Shown here in pieces: positions 39,611 through 49,648 of a stretch of DNA of 64,000 bases. The DNA is from a bacterium (GTDB taxonomy: Bacteria; Electryoneota; JAOADG01), in NCBI GenBank assembly GCA_963681965.1, contig OY820579.1, positions 3,552,001 through 3,616,000 on the forward strand, given 5' to 3'. The notes beneath the pieces were generated by a model that was not told where the DNA came from, ran no database searches, and saw nothing but the letters and a program-made list of their open reading frames with translations. The position numbers and the translations under genes are program-made. The first letter of the stretch is position 1, and each line of letters opens with the position of its first letter.

Positions 39611-40830
39611 TGAAACCTCTGATTTAATCCCACGTTTTTGATGATTATCTCGTATTGCCGTTAGAGCCTATAACGGAGTTTACAATGTCCCTCGTTCCCT
39701 CTACCCGCGAATGGATTACCTTCGGTGAACTAGACGATCAGTGTCGCCGTCACAAGAAGAGCATGCTTGATGAGATCGATCGGTTGATCGATTTTCGTCC
39801 GATCGAGTCGCTGCTAATGCGGATGTACCGCGGCACCCGCGGTCGCCCCCCGATCCCGCCGTTGATGTTGTTCAAAGCGTTGCTGTTGGAACAATGGTAC
39901 GGTCTGTCGGATGTACAAGTGGTGCAGGAGATCCACGACCGACGCAGCTTCGAACGGTTTATCGGTTTTACCGTTCGCGATTATCTGTTGGACGATTCGA
40001 CCCTGGTTCGGTTCCGTCAACGGTTGCGCGACTTTCGTTACGAGAAGGAATTGTTCAATGAATTGAACCGTCAGTTGGCTTCGTTCGGTCTATTCGTTCG
40101 CAGTTGTACACTGGTCGACGCGACATTGGTCAAGGGTGCCACGACTGCGGGCTCCACCCGTGCCGACGGTACTCCGGTCGACCCCGATGTAACCATCACG
40201 GTCCGCAAAGATAAACCGGTCGACGGGATGAAAGTGCATGTTTCGATGGATCATGAAAGCGAGCTGATCGAAGCAGTCGACTTGACATCGAATATTGTTC
40301 ACGACTCGCAGGTGTTCGAGGCATTGCTTCCCGACGACACCGGTGGCGTGTTTGCCGACAAGGCGTACGATTCGACGGCACACCGCAACTTGATTCACGC
40401 CCGCCACTGGTACGACGGCATTCTTCACAAGGCAAGACGCAATCGTCGCTTGACGGAACATGAGCGATGCCGCAATCGATCCAACTCACGGATCCGAAGC
40501 CGGATCGAAGCCAAGATGAACGACTTGAAGCGGTGGGGACACCTCGCGCGTTTGCGCTATTACGGTATCGAACGGAATCTGACACAAGTCTACTTTACCG
40601 CCATGGCAGTGAACTTGAAACGGGCCTGCAAACTGGTGCTGGTAACCTGAAAAACGATAAATCGGAGAGTGAACTCTGCCCAAGCAGCAGAAATCACCGA
40701 AAATCATCAAAAAATCCAACCAAAATCGACCCCAATTACACTAAAATTTGCAATTCATTTCGAAAATCGTCGAAATCAGACTGATGAGGCAAAAGAGAGT
40801 GATACAAAAGTGATTTTTTCAGAGGTTTCA
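39611..40830 (+). mobile_element. IS5 family insertion sequence (complete)
   Basis: 19-bp inverted repeats TGAAACCTCTGA(TTT/AAA)AATC; CTT duplication, confirmed against the empty site in arm copies 1 and 2. Confidence 0.92.
39685..40650 (+). CDS. IS5 family transposase
   Basis: GRPPIP, QWYGLSD, LVDAT, ADKAYDS and RSRIE...K...LRY motifs. Confidence 0.93.
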   Translation: MSLVPSTREWITFGELDDQCRRHKKSMLDEIDRLIDFRPIESLLMRMYRGTRGRPPIPPLMLFKALLLEQWYGLSDVQVVQEIHDRRSFERFIGFTVRDYLLDDSTLVRFRQRLRDFRYEKELFNELNRQLASFGLFVRSCTLVDATLVKGATTAGSTRADGTPVDPDVTITVRKDKPVDGMKVHVSMDHESELIEAVDLTSNIVHDSQVFEALLPDDTGGVFADKAYDSTAHRNLIHARHWYDGILHKARRNRRLTEHERCRNRSNSRIRSRIEAKMNDLKRWGHLARLRYYGIERNLTQVYFTAMAVNLKRACKLVLVT

Positions 40831-41405
40831 CTTTTTGATGTCGCAACAATATCAACCATTCACTCTTCTCGGCGAGACAAATACAGAACCCTTCACAAAT
40901 AATTATTTATTCTTATTTAATAATATATTATAACAAACTCTCACACGATGTTTATTTTTTCACAATACTTCAGAATCCGATTTATTTTCGTTTCTTGCTG
41001 GTTCGCACTTGCATCTCTTTTTTTTTACTAGTTTAGGAATAATTTCAATAATCATCTTTAATTATATACTCAATTATTCACTTATCAGGAGTGTGTTATG
41101 GTAAAGAATATTAACACCAATGCAATTTCTGCATTATCGATTGGATCATTCGCACAGGTTGCATCTTGGTTTGATTATTTAGCCGGTCCGAAAATTGATG
41201 ATTTCGGTCTATGGAAATCTGGTAACTTTCTTGTGGATCACTTCGAAACTATTTACGAAACAATCGAGGATTTTGTTCTTTTAAAATCAATTAAACTTTA
41301 CGACTGCAATCAAAATAGTGCTACTATTTCTTATTTAGCAGACGTTCCATCCAATACTTCGTATGCAGAATTTCAATTCAACGGAGTATTAGAAGCTACT
41401 ATGTC

Positions 41406-42698
41406 TGAAGTGGTCCCGTTTTCCTGGACAGTTTGTTAGTTAGATTGCTTTGCCCGATATTTTGATAGCAAGTATGGAGTTGAAGATGTCGGGAATACGA
41501 CGGACATTATCGCCTGATTTCAAGGCGAAGGTAGCATTAGCCGCACTCAAGGGTGATAAGACAGTATCTGAACTATCAAGTCTATATCAAGTTCATCCGA
41601 ACCAGATCAGTCAGTGGAAGAAGCAGCTTTTGGATCATGCTGCATCGGTATTTGGCAAAACTGAATCGTCAGGAAGTGAAGAAGTAGATCTTAAGGAGCT
41701 GCGCGCCAAGATCGGCCAGTTAACGATGGAAAACGATTTTTTAGCAAAGGGGCTCAGTCGCTTGGGCGTTCTGAGCGTGAAGCGCTGATCGATCCGGGTG
41801 CCCGTTTACCGTTGGTTCAGCAGTGTTCTTTAATCAAGGTTCCACGCAGCAGTTACTACTATCGCCCTGTTCCGCTTGATTCGAACAATTTGATGCTGTT
41901 GCGAACGCTGGATGAGCTTCACCTGAAGGTTCCGTTCTACGGTGCCCGTAAACTGGTGGTGGAGTTATCGAAGCAGGGTATCGATGTTGGTCGGAAAAAG
42001 GTTCGTTCCTTGCTACGCATCCTCGGTCTGGAAGCATTGTACCGCAAGCCGCGTACGACGGTTCCTGACAAGGAACACAAGATTTATCCGTACTTGCTTC
42101 GCGACTTGACGGTTGATCGCGCGAATCAAGTATGGGCGACCGACATCACGTACATCCCACTGGCAAAGGGTTTTGTGTACCTGGTGGCGGTGATCGACTG
42201 GTTCAGTCGCAAGGTGTTGTCGTGGCGGTTGTCGAATACGCTGGATACGCATTCCTGTGTGGAAGCATTGAAGGATGCGTTGTCGAAGTATGGGAAGCCT
42301 GAGATCTTCAACAGCGATCAAGGGTGTCAGTTTACCAGCGTCGCATTTACGGATGTTTTGAAAGAGGCAGGCGTTCGGATCAGTATGGATGGTAAAGGTC
42401 GGTGGATGGATAACCGTTTTGTCGAACGATTGTGGAAGTCGTTGAAGTACGAGGAAGTATACTTGAAAGGGTACGATTCAGTTCGCATTGCAGAGCGCAG
42501 TATCGGTGAATATTTTTTGTTTTACAATGCGGAGCGTTCCCATCAAGCTTTGGACTGTCGCACCCCAGATGAGGTCTACATCGATAGTCTTAGCAAATTT
42601 TCTTGTCAGGCAGCTGCCTGACAAGAAACAGCAGAAAGTGGGCAGTGCAATCTAACTAAGATTCGCACAAAACTGTCCAAACGGAGGGTACCACCTCA
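41406..42698 (+). mobile_element. IS3 family insertion sequence (complete)
   Basis: TG...CA ends with imperfect IRs (TGAAGTGGTCCCGTTTTCCTGGACAGTTT / AAACTGTCCAAACGGAGGGTACCACCTCA); GTC target duplication. Confidence 0.93.
41486..42621 (+). CDS. IS3 transposase OrfAB (programmed -1 frameshift)
   Basis: OrfA 41486..41788 (HTH); slippery T TTT TTA at 41737-41743; OrfB with [15 protein letters not shown] and DNRFVERLW. Confidence 0.92.
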
Positions 42699-43229
42699 GT
42701 CTGAAAGCTGGGATGATGTTATCAATACTATGTCCGTTAAACTAACATCACCACAAGACATAAACGCTGATTTAACAATTATAATGTCAAATTATTCCAA
42801 ACAATCGAGTGATGTTACGATCTACTTTGCAAACAATGTATATTCATTTACAATGAATTTCGCTAACCCAGCTGTAAATACCGAACTACTTGCATGGAAA
42901 CAAGCAATCATGAATTACCATTCTCAAATAGTTGTTAATTCTATTACATTGGAAGCTTGTATGCCAAGCTTGGGCACTATGGGGAATACTGGTTGTACTG
43001 TGGATAATATAAGTCCGAAAGATTGTGCATGTCTTGCTGCGTCTTGTTTAGTTGGAGCAGGAGTTGGCACTGGTGTTTTGATTATTACAAATGGATTAGC
43101 AGCAGGTTGGGGACAATTAGTTGGAGCTGTGGGTGGCTTCTCTGCGATTGGCGCTGCCAACTGGGCAGCTCAAAAAGCATATGATATCAATGTTGGGCGA
43201 GTAAGACTAATCCAGCATTAGGAGTCGTT

Positions 43230-43439
43230 ATGAAAAAAAAATCTGTAGTACTATATCTCTTAGCTTCATTGATTCTCTCTGTTTATTTTCTTTTTTCGGG
43301 AGCGAATCAATGTTTTAAATCGGGTATGGACTTCGCAGTGTTAACTGCTATCACGATGTATATTTGTGGATTCGCTGGTACAATATTGAGTGCTGCATCA
43401 CTGTTTAATTTTGTTCTCAAGAAAAATAGTAGTAAGTAA
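43230..43439 (+). CDS. Small 2-TM protein (putative cognate immunity, unit 3)
   Basis: AGGAG RBS overlapping the upstream stop; two hydrophobic helices. Confidence 0.7.
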   Translation: MKKKSVVLYLLASLILSVYFLFSGANQCFKSGMDFAVLTAITMYICGFAGTILSAASLFNFVLKKNSSK

Positions 43440-43504
43440 AGCCGAATCCTAAATTCATCGCGAAAATATCAAATCAAGTCTATTTACTCTGATAATTTTA
43501 CTAC

Positions 43505-43526
43505 AGGCGGACCGTTCGGTCCGCCT
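43505..43526. terminator. Hairpin between convergent genes (source copy of the cassette hairpin)
   Basis: AGGCGGACCG-TT-CGGTCCGCCT. Confidence 0.6.
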
Positions 43527-43556
43527 TGTTCATTTTCCCACGATGGAAGTCGTTCG

Positions 43557-43964
43557 CTACCGCTTATGGCACTCGACGCAACTCATGTTCTTGTGGCAGG
43601 CAAAGCAATTTTCGTGCAGCGCAACCTTCGATTCCGAGATGTCGATCGGTTTCACTTCCTTCTGATGGCAATGCTTGCAACTCTCCACATGGTGGCAACG
43701 AATACATTCCAATTTAAAATCGGTGACGTGTTTCTTGTGATTGAAGATGATCTGCGTTCCGCCAAGATACTTCGTCTGGAAAACATATTCATCGGGAATC
43801 GGTCGTACCCGATTCTGCCAGTCGTATAGAATCGACGTCGAATCGAGTTTCTCTTTGACTTCCCCGGTCGAGCCGTGTTTCGATTCGGCGGGGGTCGATG
43901 GACTGGTTTCGGCAATCGCAATCACGAACATTGCCAATAGAACAAACAGAATAATGCGTTTCAT
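43557..43964 (-). CDS. Periplasmic multiheme class III (c3/c7-like) cytochrome c
   Basis: Signal peptide, FNHKKH and four CxxCH motifs (CIRCH, CKHCH, CFACH, CVECH). Confidence 0.9.
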   Translation of the reverse strand: MKRIILFVLLAMFVIAIAETSPSTPAESKHGSTGEVKEKLDSTSILYDWQNRVRPIPDEYVFQTKYLGGTQIIFNHKKHVTDFKLECIRCHHVESCKHCHQKEVKPIDISESKVALHENCFACHKNMSCVECHKR

Positions 43965-43984
43965 TGTATCCTCACACTCTTCGA

Positions 43985-45193
43985 TTAATGCGTTGTCTCA
44001 TGCGTCAAATGCGCGTCCAGCACGTCCGCTTCGATCCCTTCGTGTTCGCTAAGTTCCGGGAACACCGGGAAGAATCGGGCAATAAAGTAAAATACCAGCA
44101 TCCCGCAGGTGAGCAGGAACAGCGAAATGGAAACTTCCGTATAGGCAGGATAGTAGTTCCAGTGCGAATTGCGCAACATCCCTATCCAACTGACATTGAA
44201 CCGGTTATAGAGAATGCCGGCAACGACCATGAAACTGGCAGTGAACAACCATTTGGGATTCATGCGCAATTTCTTGATTGCGATAATGCCAATCGGAATG
44301 ATCAGCAGCGCCATTTCTAAAATGAAGTGGATGCTTTCGAATTCGCCGGAAAATACTTTATTCGCAACGCCGCGAACGAACAGGTCCTGAATCTTGATAC
44401 CGGTATAGACGATCAAAGCGACTTGGAGAAAATACGCGAGTTCGATCAAAATCGGCGTCTCGAGACCGCGCTTGAAAACCCTCGCGCTGAATGTCGATTC
44501 GACAATCACCATCGCCGGACCGACTGTCACTGCCGACAAGAAGAATAGCAGCGGAATGATCGGCGTGTACCATAATGGATGCAGTTTTTCCGGGACAATC
44601 AAGAAAACCGATCCGAGTGACGACTGGTGCAATGTCGAAAGCAACACACCGGCAATAACCAGCGGAATCGTAATTCGCCGAAGAATTTTCAGCGGCTTCA
44701 CCAGATTGAATTTCTCGAGCACCACCGGAACGAATTCCAGAAAGAGCACGGTGAGGTATAGCATCACGCACCAGGCGACTTCAAACATCACCGAGTGTGG
44801 ATTGCCCATGATCATCGGATGCCAGACATTGAACCACTTACCAAGGTCGTACAACAATCCGACTGCCACCAGCAGATAGCCGAGAAACGCGGTCAAAACC
44901 GTTGGACGCACAATTGCATGGAATTTCTCGTAGCCGATGACATACACCAGAAAGCAAAGCGTGAACCCGCCTGCCGCCAATGCAACACCACCGACGACAT
45001 CGAAACTGATCCAGAGACCCCAGGGGAAATTGTCGGCAAGATTCGTGACCTGACCCAGTCCGAAGATGAACCGCTTGAGCGTCAGGATAGTACCTTGAAT
45101 CAGAATGAAAATAAAAATCAACCAAATAAATTTGCGCTTGAAGCTCATTCCGCGAATTTCATCGCGAATTGCAGTAAGAATCGTCTGAATCAT
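43985..45193 (-). CDS. hybB: NrfD/PsrC family membrane subunit (HybB/HmcC-like)
   Basis: PWGLWISFDV..GVALAAGG, DLG, SVMFEVAWC and LSTLHQSSLG. No hydrogenase genes in the window, so the symbol reflects family resemblance only. Confidence 0.8.
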   Translation of the reverse strand: MIQTILTAIRDEIRGMSFKRKFIWLIFIFILIQGTILTLKRFIFGLGQVTNLADNFPWGLWISFDVVGGVALAAGGFTLCFLVYVIGYEKFHAIVRPTVLTAFLGYLLVAVGLLYDLGKWFNVWHPMIMGNPHSVMFEVAWCVMLYLTVLFLEFVPVVLEKFNLVKPLKILRRITIPLVIAGVLLSTLHQSSLGSVFLIVPEKLHPLWYTPIIPLLFFLSAVTVGPAMVIVESTFSARVFKRGLETPILIELAYFLQVALIVYTGIKIQDLFVRGVANKVFSGEFESIHFILEMALLIIPIGIIAIKKLRMNPKWLFTASFMVVAGILYNRFNVSWIGMLRNSHWNYYPAYTEVSISLFLLTCGMLVFYFIARFFPVFPELSEHEGIEADVLDAHLTHETTH

Positions 45194-45960
45194 TTCTCGT
45201 GACCGCCTTTCTTTTTATTGCGGTCACTGTGTTCGGCGATATCTTCCGTCAGCGTAATCCGGCGATTGACGATCCATGACAGACCACCGAGCAGTAGTCC
45301 TCCGGTAATGACAATATTGGGAATCTTGCTCATCACCGTCCAAGTCAATTCCGGCAGCGACGTGTTGCCCATATCGACCCGGAAACCCATGTCGGTAAAG
45401 GGAATTCCCGAGAGCATCATGACCGAGGTACCACCGACGTCATTCTCACCGTAGATATAATCGACATATTGATTCGGGAAATTCTTGATGCGGCGTTTTG
45501 CGATCGCAAGCAATTTATCCCGATCGCCGAATCGCGTCGCTCCGGTGGGACACGCCCAGGCACAGGCAGTCTCCCCCCCCTTCTGGATCCGCTGAAAACA
45601 CATGATGCACTTGCGCACAACCGGTACAGCCTTGTCCCATTCGTACTTCGGTACTTGAAATGGACACGCCATCATACAGTACCGGCAACCGAAACACTTA
45701 TCGGCGTGATAGATAACCGGACCTTCAGGCGTCTTCTCCATTGCAGCGACCGGACATACCGAGACACAGACCGGATGTTGGCAATGCATACACATTTTGC
45801 GGAAGAATTGATTCCCGCGCTTCATCACGATGGTATAATTCTGATAATTCCATTTATCGTGAGGCGGGTTTTCGGGTAGATTGTTCTCTTCGGCACAAGC
45901 GCGCTCGCAGGCAGAACAACCAATACACTTGGTGAAATCGAGTAGAATCGACTTAGACAT
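45190..45960 (-). CDS. 4Fe-4S dicluster protein (HybA/HmcB-like) with C-terminal anchor
   Basis: CIGCSACERAC, CMHCQHPVCVSVCP, CFGCRYCMMACP and KCIMC...TACAWACP. Confidence 0.9.
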   Translation of the reverse strand: MSKSILLDFTKCIGCSACERACAEENNLPENPPHDKWNYQNYTIVMKRGNQFFRKMCMHCQHPVCVSVCPVAAMEKTPEGPVIYHADKCFGCRYCMMACPFQVPKYEWDKAVPVVRKCIMCFQRIQKGGETACAWACPTGATRFGDRDKLLAIAKRRIKNFPNQYVDYIYGENDVGGTSVMMLSGIPFTDMGFRVDMGNTSLPELTWTVMSKIPNIVITGGLLLGGLSWIVNRRITLTEDIAEHSDRNKKKGGHEK

Positions 45961-46450
45961 ACTATCCCCCCATGATTGCCAAAATGAGTCCCCCCCATTG
46001 GCAAATCATGAATCAAACGAGTCAATCTAGTAACAAGAGGTGAGGTGGTTTTTCGATGGAAGGTGGTAAATTGTGTAAAAAAATACGGATTCTCGACGGT
46101 AAATCAAAATCTCCTGTCAAATAATTATAGTATTTTTAGGAATTTAATCATTCTATTGATATCACTAATGTTACTCCATTTGTTTTCATTAAAGCATAAT
46201 TTCACAAGGTCGAATTTGCCAAAATTCCGTGTTTGTAAGTACTCGTATCGAAATCTTAGCACTGGTCATTAACTAGTTTGTGATGAAGAGTTACGAAGTA
46301 TTTAAACGGAGTAATCGTATCTAGAGGAGCGAGAGTAAATCTCGTATGACTGAGATACGTGAAATGATAAAATATTATTCCCATGCAACCTTCTTCCCGC
46401 AGGAAGCATCATACTATGCGTTGCAATCAATCGATCTATTTGGAAGGTTT

Positions 46451-48709
46451 ATGATTCTGAAACACAAACTACGCAATACAATCTGGGTACTTACCTTATT
46501 GTTAACGATGATTCTTCCCGTCCATGCGACCATCTTGTACACGTTATCGGGAATCGTGAAAGACGCCACTTCACGCGAAACATTGCCCGGAGTGACCGTT
46601 CGGGTCGATCCGATCGAAAAGGGCGCCATCACCAATATCGGCGGATTTTATTGTATTCAATCGCTTCCTCCCGGCGATTACACCGTTCGTTTCACTTACA
46701 TCGGCTACACCACCATCACAAAGCAGATCGCTATTGTCGATAAAGATCTCATCTTGAATCAATTGCTGCAACAATCCTCAATCGAACGTAATGTGATTAC
46801 GGTCGAAGGTGAGCGAGAGAAATACCGTCAGAAAATGACCGTAGGTGAAGTAAAACTCTCGGTGAAGCAATTGATGATGGTGCCGAAGATCGCCGAACCG
46901 GATCTCTTCCGTACACTCCAGCTCTTACCCGGCGTGCTTTCCGCATCCGATTTCAGCACCGGCTTGAATGTCTGGGGCGGATCGCCGGATCAGAATTTAA
47001 TCACACTCGATGGAATCGATGTGTACAATCCATCGCATCTCGGTGGATTGTTTTCGACATTCAATATGGATGCCATCAAAGAAGCCACACTGATCAAAGG
47101 GGCGTATCCTGCCGAATATGGCGGGCGGTTATCGAGTGTGTTGTCAGTATGGAATCGCGAAGGGAACCGCGAATCGTTTCAAGGCAAAGCTCAAGTCTCG
47201 GTACTATCCTCTGCGGCGACATTAGAGGGACCCATTCCGAAAGGGAGCTGGCTGTTGTCGGGTCGACGCACTTATATCGACCTATTCACCAAAGCGATGA
47301 AACAGATGAAGGCGACCGACACCGAATTTCCCTACTACTTTTACGACGCACAGACGCGTGTGAATCGCGATTTAGCAAATGGCGACCGGTTATCGGTCTC
47401 AGGCTACTTCGGACGAGATGTACTCGATTACAAAGACGACTACGACAATAAGCTCAATTTGAATTGGGGGAATCGAACTGGATCGGTGATGTACACTAAG
47501 ATCTTTTCACCCCATTTTTATTCACAGAGTTTGATTGCAATCTCGCAATACGACAGCAAACTCGATTTCGATGCCAATGGCGACAAATTCAGTTTCTCCA
47601 ACGGTATCACCGATTACACTGCCAAGATGGATGTTTTCGCCTTTCCCGGAAAAGACATTGAGCTGAAATTCGGTCACGAATCGAAATACCTGATGTTTTA
47701 CCTCCGTAGCGTAGGACAAGGAGAAGAATTCGCGAATGTGAAGGAACAATCGTATCTCGGTGCGCTATACCTGCAGACGAAATATACCCCTACTCCTCTG
47801 CTCTCGATCCAACCCGGAATTCGATACAACTATTTCCAGCGCGGCAATTACAGTGCAATCGAACCGCGAATTTCAATCAAATATCGAACTTCTGTAAACA
47901 GCTCGATTACTGCGGCTTTCGGTCACTATCAACAATTCATCAATCTCGCCAGTATCGGTGGTGGGTCGGGTTTCTTATCTGTGATGGATATTTGGGCACC
48001 GGTGGATAAGACGCTGAAACCGGGAAAAGCCGAGCATTACACCATGGCTTACGAGACCGAATTGACCAACGATATCCGCTTCGAGACGGAAGCATATTAC
48101 AAGAACTATAACCACATGGTCGAATTTAAAAATATTGCGACCGAAGAATCCGATCTCAAATCGCAATTCTACGAAGGACGTGGGTGGGCATGGGGTTTGG
48201 ATATCACTTTGCGGAAGGATTACGGCGACTGGACGGGATGGATCGGTTACGGTTTGGGTTTCTCGAAACGACAATTTCCGGCAATTGATAGTGGTCGCGC
48301 CTTCTATCCCAAGTGGGACAAACGCAACACCTTCAATTTGGTGAATACCTATCGAACGTCGAAACGCGGCGAATTGAGCGTGCGCTGGACTTATAGCACC
48401 GGTCAACCGTATACGCTGGCAGCGGGATATTACCGCTCCGCGATGCCGAATGACGCCGATCCCAACCGGTTAATTCCGGGTCGAAAAAACAACGCACGGC
48501 TTGCACCGTATCATCGACTCGATGTCGGATACACGATCAAATACGAGAAATCGTGGGGAACGATCTCACCCTACTTTGAAGTCATCAATCTCTATAATCG
48601 CGCCAACGTGTTTACCGTCGATTATGATTTCAAAAATCAACCCCCGAAGAAGGTTGAGATCAATCAATTCCCATTCTTACCGACATTCGGTGTCACGGCA
48701 ACCTTTTAA
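46451..48709 (+). CDS. TonB-dependent receptor
   Basis: Carboxypeptidase-like N-domain, plug (LQLLPGV, GGSPDQN, YGGRLS), YHRLD and terminal Phe; GGAAGG RBS before 46451. Confidence 0.9.
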   Translation: MILKHKLRNTIWVLTLLLTMILPVHATILYTLSGIVKDATSRETLPGVTVRVDPIEKGAITNIGGFYCIQSLPPGDYTVRFTYIGYTTITKQIAIVDKDLILNQLLQQSSIERNVITVEGEREKYRQKMTVGEVKLSVKQLMMVPKIAEPDLFRTLQLLPGVLSASDFSTGLNVWGGSPDQNLITLDGIDVYNPSHLGGLFSTFNMDAIKEATLIKGAYPAEYGGRLSSVLSVWNREGNRESFQGKAQVSVLSSAATLEGPIPKGSWLLSGRRTYIDLFTKAMKQMKATDTEFPYYFYDAQTRVNRDLANGDRLSVSGYFGRDVLDYKDDYDNKLNLNWGNRTGSVMYTKIFSPHFYSQSLIAISQYDSKLDFDANGDKFSFSNGITDYTAKMDVFAFPGKDIELKFGHESKYLMFYLRSVGQGEEFANVKEQSYLGALYLQTKYTPTPLLSIQPGIRYNYFQRGNYSAIEPRISIKYRTSVNSSITAAFGHYQQFINLASIGGGSGFLSVMDIWAPVDKTLKPGKAEHYTMAYETELTNDIRFETEAYYKNYNHMVEFKNIATEESDLKSQFYEGRGWAWGLDITLRKDYGDWTGWIGYGLGFSKRQFPAIDSGRAFYPKWDKRNTFNLVNTYRTSKRGELSVRWTYSTGQPYTLAAGYYRSAMPNDADPNRLIPGRKNNARLAPYHRLDVGYTIKYEKSWGTISPYFEVINLYNRANVFTVDYDFKNQPPKKVEINQFPFLPTFGVTATF

Positions 48710-48724
48710 GCGATCGAGTACAAT

Positions 48725-49591
48725 ATGAAAAAGATAATTCTCATTCTAAGTTTATTACTGATCGGATTACTAACGATTACTGGCTGCGAGAATCCATCCG
48801 ATCCCGAGCAATTCGATCCGCGAATCGTACTCGATGCCTATCTGTCGATCGGCGATACCGTAGCCGCGAATTTATCGTGGTCGCAATCTGTGATGGATGT
48901 TTACGATCCGTTAGTAACTGCGATTCCGGATGCGCGGGTGATTGCTTATATCGACAATGTTCCCGACACGTTGCAATATCGCTTCGAAAGCAGACCGACA
49001 TACACCATCATCCACGGCGATACAGTGCGTGATACTCTTCGATACAGTCGATATTATTCCCGGACACAGATCGTGCACTCAACCACAAGTTATCGACTCG
49101 TTGCCACTTTACCCGATGGCAGAGCTGCCTACGGTGAAACCCGATCACCCTCTCCATTCCGAATGATCAGCGATTCAACTACTGTTCGCTCCGGAGATAC
49201 GATCTCATTCGGTCACGGCTATGGCGCACGTATGAAATTGAAATGGCAACCGGATGCGCTCGCTCAACAATATTGGTTAGTGGCGGTATGCCACGATACG
49301 ACTGCACCGAAGCTGCGAACGGAATCGGGAATGGGTCACGGAGAAGATCCTGATCGAACGTCGTATTGGACACAAGATGCTTCTGACGCGTTTGTACCGT
49401 GGTTCTTTTTTAACTATACCGGTTGGCATACCGTTTTAGTTTACAATATCGATCAAGCGTTCAAACGCTATCTTTGGACACTAAACCGTAATCTAGATCA
49501 AGCCGATAAGACCGAAATGAATGTGGTAGGTGGGTTGGGAGTGGTAACAGCATTCGGCTGCGATTCAGTTCGAGTATTTATTAAACCTTAA
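48725..49591 (+). CDS. DUF4249-like lipoprotein associated with the TonB receptor
   Basis: Lipobox ITGC; C-terminal NVVGGLGV. Confidence 0.75.
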   Translation: MKKIILILSLLLIGLLTITGCENPSDPEQFDPRIVLDAYLSIGDTVAANLSWSQSVMDVYDPLVTAIPDARVIAYIDNVPDTLQYRFESRPTYTIIHGDTVRDTLRYSRYYSRTQIVHSTTSYRLVATLPDGRAAYGETRSPSPFRMISDSTTVRSGDTISFGHGYGARMKLKWQPDALAQQYWLVAVCHDTTAPKLRTESGMGHGEDPDRTSYWTQDASDAFVPWFFFNYTGWHTVLVYNIDQAFKRYLWTLNRNLDQADKTEMNVVGGLGVVTAFGCDSVRVFIKP

Positions 49592-49600
49592 GCTGCTATA

Positions 49601-49635
49601 AAAAAAATCCCCCATCCAGCAAGATGGGGGATTTT
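49601..49635. terminator. Bidirectional intrinsic terminator
   Basis: AAAATCCCCCATC-N6-GATGGGGGATTTT. Confidence 0.8.
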
Positions 49636-49648
49636 CCATTTTAGAGTT

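Larger units (their letters stand above)
39438..41034 (+). repeat. Junction + left arm copy 3, split by IS5 and ending at the putative -10 box
   Basis: 39438..39610 and 40831..41034 match copies 1 and 2; the sequence diverges after TAGTTT. Confidence 0.88.
41098..43221 (+). pseudogene. IS3-interrupted gene for a 275-aa protein with glycine-zipper C-terminus (unit 3 payload)
   Basis: Joining 41098..41405 to 42702..43221 restores one frame (...EATMSESWDDVINTMSVK...); AGGAG RBS. Confidence 0.85.
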
